A stretch of 64,000 nucleotides of DNA, taken from assembly GCF_006345805.1 (NCBI RefSeq), contig NC_043007.1:62062001-62126000 (forward strand), in the 5' to 3' direction. Position 1 is the stretch's first letter. Each line of letters begins with the position of its first letter. A model generated the notes under the pieces. It had not been told where the DNA came from and searched no databases. It saw only the letters and a list, made by a program, of their open reading frames with translations. The DNA is from Octopus sinensis. Taxonomy: Eukaryota. Shown here piece after piece: positions 26,752-38,700 of the stretch. The position numbers and the translations under genes were made by a program.

Positions 26752-29700
26752 GTGCTATTTGCTGGGGTACCCAACAGGAAAGATAAACATAAGATCTAAT
26801 TTAACATACGAAGATTGGCTGAAAAGTCCATAGGCTGACCAAGATACTCTAATCAAATGTGACTAAAATGCAGTTTATTTTTTCAACAGAGTCACTCTTA
26901 CAGTCCACACACTTCTTCTATCGGTGTTGCAGTGCTTGTGTCCCATTGGTGAAGAAGCTTTCATCCTGTCGGTCAAAAAGTCATCAACAACAGATAGTAT
27001 ATCACTGTGATACTGGCTCCATGCCAAGTGGTTTTTCATGTTAGCAAACAGATGATAGTTAGATGAGGCCAAATCAGGAGAATAGTGTGGTGTCGGTGGA
27101 GACCTTTCTGTTGTCCTCTTCATCCGTCACACTACAAATAGGTAGGCTGATCAACCAGTACAAAGCTACAGTCACACAGTAGCCATTGAAATCAAAGGCT
27201 TGTGTGCTGGAACACTGTCCTCGTGAAACAAAACCTCTTTCGTCAGTTTTTTTCGGCATTTGGTCTTGAATTTACAAGGGTGGGCTGAAAAGTTGATAAG
27301 TTGACTATGAAGGAGTGATGCTTAAAGCTGTGAAATCTTGCATGCTTTAATTTTGACTATTAATAACTACATTGTTTCTTGCCTCAGCAAGCTGGCATAG
27401 TACTCTCCATTGATGGTGTGGCCCTTTTGAAGATAGTCAATAAGCACAATACTTTATGCATCCCAAAAAACTGAGGCCATCACCTTCTCTGCAGATGAAA
27501 TTATTTTAGCCTTCTTTTGAGCAGGTGATGAGGGGTGTTTTCCCTGCATGGATTGTCTCTTTGTCTCTGGGTCAAAGTGATAAAACCAACACTCATCCTG
27601 GGTCAGGAAATGTTTAAGAAAAACAGCTGGATCTGCCTTAAATAGAGCCAGATTTTCCAGTGATGTCATCATCCTGGTGTGTTTTTGAGCAGGAATATGT
27701 TAATAGCATTGGCTTTTTCATTTATTGTCAATTGCCTATCATCCACCACCATGTGATGAACATGGTCAATGTTTTCCTTGGTGGTAGCAATTGCAGGACA
27801 TCCAGACATTGGGTCATCTTCAAGACTCTCCATTCCACTCCTAAATTCAGCTGCCTGTTTTCGCACTGTTGATAAAGCTGGAGCATTGTACCCTACTGTA
27901 GCAACTATGTAAGCATGAATGTCCTTTGGGGGCTAAAGCCTTTTTCTGCAGGTACTTCATTATACCATAATGCCAAATTTTATCAATTTTCAAGAAGTTG
28001 CTACTAGTTATTTTTGAAGTCTTCTTTGACCAATCAGATGTCAGTTTACCTGGAAAGAAACAATGTAATTATTAATGAATCAAAATTAAAGCATGCTAGA
28101 TTTCACAGCTTTAGCAGCACTCCTTCATAGTCAACCTATCAACTTTTCAGCCCAACCTTGTAAAATTCAAGATCTGCGGGCTTTTGATAATGTGACAAAA
28201 TGATTTCCACATTATTTTTAATGTACCATCAGATTAACATTTGTACTTTGGAATACGGTTACTAGTTTGGTACTGTCTTTGTTCTATCAAGTTTCATAGC
28301 TGAATGATTAAAAGGTTTTGGCAACAGACTTTCTATTCAAACAAGGAAAAATAATATTTGAAATTACAAAATATATAAAATGAAAAATATAGAAGTATAT
28401 ACATTTACAAATAAAAGTATACATATCAAATATGTAGATTTAGTTGCATAAATATTTAAATATTTGAAAATATATATATTTATACAAACACATATATTAG
28501 ATTCAAAAGTAGGTATTTGAACATATATACTGATATACACATATACCTACACACATATACATAAATATGAGGCCATGCTGGAGTCAATCATATTACTAAC
28601 CCCAGTACTTATTTCAATCTGATATTTATTTTATCCTCTATTTTTCAAGCTACTAAGTTATGGAACATAAACAACAGTACCAGTTTTAAGCAGTATAAGT
28701 ATGAACACACACACACACATAATTATAACTATAATTAAGGGTTTAGCAACAAGTTGCTTCACCACATACCGAAAATGTAGAAATAGCAGCCAAAAGACCA
28801 TTATTTCTTTTCACTACAAAATATCACTCCAACAGATAATATTTGTAACTCACATAGGCAAAAAGAAGAAAAATAATGAAATCAAACAGTCTTCGATTAA
28901 TTATGATGCGTTTCTGGATCAGAATTATACAAATTCATTTTCAACATAATATTTCAAAAATTATAAATTTGAAAATGCTAGAAAAACTTACCCTTTGCAT
29001 TTCTGACCAAGCGTCATCGGAACATAACACAAGGTAGTCAGCATAGCATATCCAAACTTATAGAGACCAGTGAATTCGTATTTCTCTCCAAGTTTACCAT
29101 GTGCGTCACAAGATAGTACCGCAGAAAGAGATCCGCAGTTTTGTTATCAGGGAGTGAAATAATCATTACCCTATATCTGTAATGATTATATATATATATA
29201 TATAGACATTATTGGTCACATATACATACTCGATGATTTCGGGGTAAGTTGTCTCACCTGGACTAGAACACTCAGCATCATATAAGAAGCTTTCTTCAGA
29301 CACCATCCTGCAGCAAATGGGCATTTACACAAAATACATATATATGTGCAACCAATAATGTCTACATTACTAAAGCTGCTTTTAATTCATAATTTAATTT
29401 TCCTTCACATATGGCATGCTGCAGCACATCAGTAAACAGACTTCAGTCTATTTGCATATAAGTCCAAGACCAGCAATTCATATTTCATTTTGAGATGATC
29501 AGGGTACATGCTATTGATAAGCCACAATAATGACAAAATACCTGTATCTACCATTCTTGATTACCTCAGGATGAGTTGTCTCACCTGGTCTAGGATACTC
29601 AGTGTAGGAAGCTTTTCTTGGATACTATCCTGCAGACATGCTGCTTTCGATTCGTAATATAAATATATATGTGTGTGTATGTATGTGAGTGTGTATGTAT

Positions 29701-32700
29701 GTGAGTGTGTATATATGTCTTGCTAGTTACTTGGTGACCTCCACCAGTGCTGGTGCCATGTAAAAGGCATCCAGTCCATACTGTAAAGTGGTTGGCATTT
29801 GGAAGGAAATTCAGCTGTAAAAAAAACATGCCAAAACAGGGCTCATCAGTGCTGGTGCCATGTAAAAAGCACTCAGCCCATTTTGTGAGGTGGTTGGTGT
29901 TAGGAAGGACATCCAACTATAAAACCCCTGCCAAAACAGACAGTGAAGCCTGGTGCAGTGTTCTGCCTAGCCAGCTTCTGTCAAACTATCCAACCCATGC
30001 CAGCATGGAAAACAAATGTTAAATGACGATGATAATTTTGATGAGATATATTGTTGACATTATAAGAATTTCATAAATTGAGAGAACATGAAATAATTCT
30101 ATTTTGGAATAATGCTTCTTGAAGCACATCACATACAGCTATAAAGAATAGCATGTAAATAGTGGGTTGAAAAAATATCTTTTTGGCTAGAAAATGTTGA
30201 CAGCTGACCATAGGACTCAAACCCACACCTCTCGTAGACATGACAGGCATCCTACCACTGGACAAAAGCAATCCTTCAAATTTCTCTATCCATCTTAGAA
30301 AATTCATTCTTACCAGAGAGAATGCCTGTCATGTCTATGAAGAATGTGAGTTCAAGTCCCATGGGCATCCTTTGACTTTTCTATCTAAAAGGGCTTTTCA
30401 ACTCAGTATTTACATGCTATTCTTTATAGCTGGATATGATGCAGGAAACCATCAAGGTGCTTGAAAAAGTAGTAGTCAGTAGGAGAAAAGTCTGTGGAAT
30501 AAGCCAGGTGGGGAAGAACTTCGTAGGTATATGTAGGGGTAAGGGGTGAGGGCTGTGATGGGGGGAAGTCAGCGCTGGAGGTAAGGGGAAGTAGGGGTGT
30601 CTCAGTGACAGGGGGGATATCATATGATATCTGGGGTTGGATGGGAAGGAATCTGGAGAAGATATTGTTGACTTTTGTGGGGAGTAGTGGTGAGGAGAGG
30701 TGATTTTTTTCGTGTGTGTGCTTGTGGCGGGGGTTTTTTTCTTGTTTGTGCTAGGAGTGGATGAGGTGAGATTGAGATTTTTTCTTTCAGATATCTTTTA
30801 CACTCTTACGACCGACCAGCCATCTTCGTTCCCAGCTTGTTGAGTATTCTCAGTGCTGGGGGCCTGCTGGCAGTCTTTTGGTTTTGTTGTTCCATCTTCT
30901 ATTCATTTGTTTCCTCTCTTTGGGCTTCCTCTGCCTTGCAGGTAGGGCAGTTCGCTCGAATGTGGCCCTTCTCGCCATACTTGTAGCATCAGGGTCTTCT
31001 CCCCTCCACCATCACCCGCAAGGTGGTTTCCTCTCCAAGATGAATGTTCTCGACTATATCTTCCAGGGACTGGAAGGCCACCTGGATGAGGACCTCTAGT
31101 CCCTGGCCCTGCCAGTTTTGCTGCTGAATTCTCATCACCACTAGGACTTTGATATTATCTTCCAGCCCCATTAGTAGGGTTGAGCAGAGCCAAGTGATAT
31201 CCACTTCCGGTGGGATCTCGTCAATTATCACTTTAGAAGTTCACCTACCCAAGTGTGTTGGTAGGAGCACTATTTCATTAGTTTTTAGTGTATGTATTGA
31301 ATGTTGCATTGCCTTCTCTTCATCTTTAAAATATACTATCATTGTCACATATCTACCTCACGTTAGGTATTCTACATTCTGCCAAATTGGCTACAAAGAT
31401 TTTTCAGTTTGTTCTTTCAAAACCTTGTCAATTCTTTTTTCTTTTGTTACCATTGTTTTAAAAATAATTTTCTTTGCCGTTTGTTCTATTAAATCATTTG
31501 GGAGGGTGACCTTTGCATCAAAACCCTCCCTTGCAAACATGTTCTTGTGTTGCAACAACACCCTTGGTTCGATATTTAATCTTTCTATTTTAACACCTGC
31601 CACAGCGGCAAAGTTGAACTTTTTCACTATTTGATCTGCTGTTGGCTTAGGATTTCAGTCTCATTCATATCCTCTGCAGAGGAATTATTCTTTTCTGGAG
31701 AATTCAATTTTTCAATAACAGTTTTTTCTTGAGAAAACAAGGAATTCTCTTTAGGCACAGTTTTTTCTTTGGATGACAAAGAAATATTTTCAGTAACACA
31801 GTTGTTCATTTTTAACAAACAAATTTTTGTGAAAAACACAAAGAGATATTCCCCACCCCCTTCATGGAGGGGAACAACAGTTCTCTACATCTGTCACACA
31901 CAGAACATAGTTTCAAATATTACAGTTCAACAAGAATAACAAACAAAATTACTATACCAATAACCAAATTAATCTAAACAACCACTAATACAACCAATAC
32001 TAACAACGTATATCAATTTTGTATAATATCTGGTATATTGTCCTGCATTTCAAAATATAGTTCATAGATGTAGATAATATAAAATGTATGCAAAATTATA
32101 AAATGGTCAAAGTATTTCTTTTATATTTTTATTTGTATAACTGGAAGATGCCAAATTAATTTTTAGATTTTAAAATTTAATGCAACTGTAAATGTCCATT
32201 TATTATAGAATAGATGTGCACGGGTTCTAATTCTAAGAATACCTATTCAACATTCATTTAATGTATAATTTATGTCATGTAAATGTGCATATACTCAAAT
32301 AATTCTAATTAATTTATCTATCAATCTGTAAGTATCACCTTATTTTGATATCACTAAAATATCTTTCTGAAGAATTTTTCTGACATTAATTTCCTGATAT
32401 TTCACAATATATTATATATTATGTATGTAATATATATATATATATATATATACATATATACACAGGGGTTGAACAAAATAATGGAAACACCTTAAAATTT
32501 CAAACAAATTTATGTTAATATGGGGTAGAACTGCATTTGGCAGTAATTACAGCTTGAATTCTATGAAGTATGGACTCGTACAAAGTTTGAATTGTTTCCA
32601 AAGGAATTTTTGTGCATTCTTCAACTAAAGCAGTATCCAGTTCTTGTAGTGATGATAGTGGAGGATATCAACTCCTTACTTGTTTTTCTAAAATGCACCA

Positions 32701-35700
32701 TAAATGTTCAATAATATTGAGATCTGGGGACTGTGGTGGCCAAACAAGATGTTCGACTTCACTAGAATGTTCTTTGTGCCATTCAGTAACAACTTTAGCT
32801 GTGTGAATTGGTGCATTATCATCCTGAAAGATTGTGTTTCCCTCCAGAAACAGTTCTCTGGATTTTAGGAGTAAAAATTCCCAAACATCAACAAAAATCT
32901 TCGATATTTCTAGAGTTGCAAAAACAAAATCACTAGAATTTAAATAAAATTTACACTTTAGCCCCTTTTCGTTCCTTAGATGACAAAAATCATTTATTTG
33001 TTCTCAAAATAAAATTTCCAGGCCATATGCTGTTCACATACTCTTTATTTGCATTTACAACTTTAAAATTACATAAAATTTCTTAAATTTGAGCATTTTA
33101 GTTTTCAGAAATTGCACCAAAACATATTTTAATTGGGAAACCTTCAATTTTTTGAAAAGTCCAGCTCTGGACCCACTGTGCATAATCAAATGTGTGGTAC
33201 ATAAGGTAATTAGGGATATTCTTTTATAACAAAATGAAAATAGAAATATTGGCACTCTTTGGCAATCTCCAAGTAGACATGTCAAACAGACAACCCAAGA
33301 AACTACCAGCCAAGACCAGAAGGTAAATAGAAAAAATGACAGGTGACTCTGAATGGGCCATACCAAGATACCCATGGTAATGAATGAGAATAATTTGATC
33401 CGGGTATGCAGTCACTTCCTGCAACACTATTTGTCTTCCGACTTTTTTGCAATGGTCTTATGTGAAATCACTCTTTCCATTGAATTTCTTCCATATCATG
33501 CCTTAATTTTAATATCATGTCACACTCTTCCAACAGTTTCTACAATGTCAAATCTTGGTTCATTTCCAGTTTTGCTAGAATTTTCATTCGGATTTCTGCA
33601 TCTCTTTTATCTGTTAATCCTTGTGCAAAAATCAAACACTTGAAAGAATCTGGAGTAAGCATATCCAGCCTAAATCTCTCACATTCTTTGCCGACTCTGC
33701 CAGTGTAAGTAGTGAAGTTTTTATCTTTGCTCTTTTCTATGTTTAATCATTTCCATCTGGTATTAAACATCGAGTTCTTTTCACTAAACATTTTGCACAA
33801 AATTACAACCATGTCGATGAAATTTATGTGAGACACTTTTTTGGGAAATATGAAGTCACTATACTTCTCATGCTCTGCTGTCGCTAGTTTTTTTGAAACT
33901 AGATGTGTTTACATTTCATCCGTCCAATCCTGATATTCTTTTTTAAAAATTTGTTCAAATCTTCGAAAGTAAGCCTCAAAGGTTACTCCTTCTTCAGGTT
34001 CATATTTGAATTCACTTAAGGGATTTTCTGCATGGTCAGGCGAAAATGTATTCAAAACAGCAACAACAACAGCAATTACAATTACAGCAACAAATACTGT
34101 AATTAATGAATAGTACATAGGTGCAGAAGTGGCTGTATGGTAAGTAGCTTGCTTACCAACTACATGGTTCCGGGTTCAGTCCCACTGCATGGCACCTTAG
34201 GCAAGTGTCTTCTACTATAACCTCAGGATGACCAAAGCCTTGTGAGTGGGTTTGGTAGATGGAAACTGAAAGAAGCCCGTCGTATATATGTATGTATATA
34301 TATATATATGTATGTGTGTGTATATGTTTGTGTGTCAGTGTGTGTCCCTCCAACATCGCTTGACATCAAATACTGGTGTGTTTACATCCCTGTAACTTAG
34401 CAGTTCGGCAAAAGAGACCGATAGAATAAGTACTAGGCTTACAAAGAATAAATCCAGGGATCAATTTGCTCAACTAAAAAACAAAGGCAGTGCTCCAGCA
34501 TGGCTGCAGTCAAATGACTGAAAAGATTAAAAGAGTAAGTTGTCCAAAAATGCTGAAAAGATGTTCTCGCCAAATTATGTTGCAAACTCAATAATGGAAT
34601 TTAAGTATGAACCAGATGAAAGAGTTACCTTTAAGATGTACTATAGAAGATATGAACAGATCTTCAATAAAGAGGGCAATGATTGGGATGACAATGTGAA
34701 ACACATCTAATCCTAAGAAAACTGGCAGCAGGAGAACATGAGTGTTACAGCAATTACATACTCCTGAAAAAACCTTCTGACATTAACTTTAGAAATACAA
34801 TAGACATATTGTGTAAAATTTTTAGTGAGAAAAACTCATTGTTCAATACATACTGGAAATGTTTGAACCTAGAAAAGAACAAGGAGGACTGTATCACATA
34901 TGCTGGTAGCTTTAACAGAGAAGGCGAAAAGTTCAAACAGAACAAGTTAATGCCCGACATGTTCAAGTGCCTGATATTTACTCAGGGATTAATTGCAGAA
35001 AAAGACACAGAAATAAGAACAAGAATTCTCGCAAAGCTGGAACAAAACCAAGATGTAACCTTACAACCTTACAACAAGTGTCAGAAGAGTGTGAAAGAAT
35101 AGTAAATCTAAGGCACAACAGAGAAAATTGAACATAAAGATTGCTCCCAAGTGAAACAAATGCGTTGGAAAATACAAAACAGGCAGAATAGAAATCAAGT
35201 GTGTACTAAAATACAGTACAAACAGGATAAAAGTCAGGAAATAAACCCATGTTTTACATGTGGAGGTCTATGCCTGGAAAAAAAAATGCCCATTTAAGAA
35301 AGTGGAATGTTTCTGTTGTGGAAAAATTGGGCAGGTAAAATTGCACTGTAAAACCAAGTTGATAAAACGTTGGAACAAAGGAAAAAGAGTAAACAAGGTG
35401 TCATCAAAAGAAAATGACAATGTGGCAAAGGGGACATTCGTAAATGTGAAAATGGAAAATATAAGAATAAAAATGCAGTTAGACATAGGAAGTGATATTA
35501 CCATTATGGATGAAGAGACTTGAACGTATTTCGGTAAGCCAAAATTAAGTAAATCTATAAAAGTGTTACACACGGTATTACGGGTAAAAAATTATATTTT
35601 GTAGGTGAATTTGCATGTAATGTGACATTTCATGACCAAATGAAAACGGCAAAAGTAGATGTGTTCAAAAGTTCAGTAACTTTGTTCAATACAGAGTGGA

Positions 35701-38700
35701 TGGAATTGTTCAAATTGTGGAATACACCTATAAGTGTTTTGTGTGGGAATACAGTCAGTTCAGTTGAAGGTTCAAATGCGGCTGAGGGATTGGAACAAAA
35801 AATAAAACATTCATTCCCAGATGTCTTCTTGGATGAACTGGGTTGCTGCATGAAAATGAAGGCAAAAATTGTAGTAAAACAAAGTGCAACCCCTGTATTT
35901 AAGCCAAAATGTAATGTACCTATTTCTTTATTACCCACAAGGGGCTAAAGACAGAGGGGACAAACAAGGACAGACATAGGTATTAAATCGATTACATCGA
36001 TCCCAGTGCGTAACTGGTACTTAATTTATCGACCCCGAAAGGATGAAAGGCAAAGTCGACCTCGGCGGAATTTGAACTCAGAACGTAACGACAGACGAAA
36101 TACGGCTACGCATTTCGCCCGGCGTGCTAACGTTTCTGCCAGCTCGCCGCCTTATGTAATGTACCATTCGCAGCACAAGAACAGGTAAATAAAGAACTTG
36201 AAAGACTTGAAAGCCTATAAATAATCGAGAAGATGGACCACTCAGCTTGGGCAACACCTATGTCCTATGTAAAAAGGAAAAATAATAAGTAATGAGTTTG
36301 TGCAGATTTTTCAACAGGTTTAAATGATTGCTTAAGCTCACATAACTACCCATTGCTGAGTACTGAGGAAGTGTTCACAAAATTGAATGGAAGGAAATTC
36401 TTCTCAAAATTAGACCTCTCGAAGGCATACTTAAAAATCCAAGTAGAAGAAAGCTTATTAGCCATTAACATACATCGTAACTTATTTAAATTTAAGTGGC
36501 CTCCCTTCAGTGTAAAAGTGGCTCCTTCCACATTTCAACAAGTAATAGGTACAATGCTGGCGGACTGATATTTTGCTATCAACTATTTAGACGATATCCT
36601 AATAAAAAGTGAATCATACAAAGATGTAGAACATATAATAAACGTATTCGAAAAGATAAGAGAATACAGCTTTAAGCTAAGTGAAGAAAAATGCGAGTCT
36701 TTCTGAAAACAGTTAACTACTAAGGCCAGACAATAGATAAAAACAGATGGAAGCTAGATCCATCAAAAGCAGCTATGATAAAAAATATACCCACGCCAAA
36801 TAATGTGACTATAAAACAAGCATTTTTGGGATTAGTAAATAACCAAATTTATATTCCCAATATACACAATGTAAGGGCCCCGTTAAATAATTTGTTCCAG
36901 AAAAATGCACAATGGTGCTGGACTGATAAGTGCCAGAAGGAATTTGACGCATTAAAAAATATTTTAACATCAAACTTATTGTTAACACATCTTGATCCAA
37001 AGCTGGATATTATATTGGCTACAGATGCGAGTGATTATGGTGCAGCAGCAGTGCTTTTGCACAAATATGATGATGGGAGTAAAAAGGCTACAGCCCATGT
37101 GTCTCAGTTGTTATTACCAGCAGAAAAGAACTACAGCCAAATAGAAAAGGAAGCACTAGAAATTATATTAGGTGTAAAAAAAATTCCATAGATTTATTCA
37201 TGGAAGAAGTTTCTGTCATCAAACAGATCATAGTCCACTACTGTCAATATTCAATTATAAAAAATGAATACCAACACACAGAAAACAACCTACAGCAATG
37301 CGGCACTATGTTATTAAATTATGATTTCAAAATAGAATATTTATTGTCAAATGAACTAGGGTATGTGGACGGTTTGACCAGACTGATAGCAAAACACTGC
37401 AAGCCATTTGAAGATGTGGTAATTGCATCATTAAGATCAAAAGAAGAATTTAAAAATGTAATGTGGAATGTGGTACATGAATTATCAATGAACCTAGAAG
37501 ACATAACATGAAATGCAGAAAAGGACAAATTCATAACAGAAATGAAAAGAATACTGTAGACAAGAAAAGTAAATGGGAACAGGATTGGTGCAAAACGAAA
37601 TCAAGACATGAACCGATACTCAATTTGTGATAGTGTGCTGATATATGCACAGAGAGTAATAATACCTGAAACACTACAAAAGAGAATGTTGAGGGAATTC
37701 CATGTTGGACATCCTGGTATTTCAAGGATGAAAGCTTTAATGCATAGCTATGTGTACTGGCCAAAAATGGATGGAGAAATTGAAAATTTAGTGAAAGGCT
37801 GCAGAGGATGTACTCTAGCAGCAAAATTACCAACGATAAAAAGTGAAACTTGGCCAAAAGTGAATGTTCCATGGTTGAGACTACACACTGATTTCACTGA
37901 TCCCTTAAACAGTTCATACTACTTAGTGGTAGTAGATAGTTTCTCTAAATGACCAGAAATTTTTAAGTGTAAAAAGCCAACCTCCTCAACTACAACAAAC
38001 TTTCTACATGAGCTGTTTGCGAGATTTGGCATCCCAAACACTATAGTGTCTGATAATGGAATGCAATTTGTGTCTTCTGAGTTTAAAAAAGTTTTGTAAA
38101 ATGTTCACTGTAGAACATGTAACTACTGTGCCACACCATCCCAGATCTAACAGACAAGCACAATGCTTTATTGATACATTCAAGAGAGCCCGAAGAAAGT
38201 CGAATAAGTAAGTCATGGATGAGGTAGCTCTACAACAATTCCTAAGAGTTACGTATACCGAGTGACGACAAATCCAAACACACCAGCAGAGCTGATGTTT
38301 GCGAGGAAAATAAAATCAGTCTTCAACAAATTGCTACTAAGTAAGAAAAGAAAAGTTGCAATGGCGCAGGAGTGGCTGCGTGGTAAGTAGCTTGTTTACC
38401 AACCACATAGTTCTGGGTTCAGTCTCATTGCGTGGCACCTTGGGGAAGTGTCTTCTACTATAGCCTAGGGGTGACCAAAGCCTTGTGAGTGGATTTGGTA
38501 GACTGAGACTAAAAGAAGCCCATTGTATATATGTGTATATGTTTGTGTGTCTGTGTTTGTCCTCTCAACATTGCTTGACAACCAATGCTGGTGTGTTTAC
38601 GTCACCATAACTTGACGGTTCGGCAAAAGAGACCGATAGAATAAGTACTAGGCTTACAAAGTCCAGGGGTCGATTTGCTTGACTAAAGGCGGTGCTCCAG

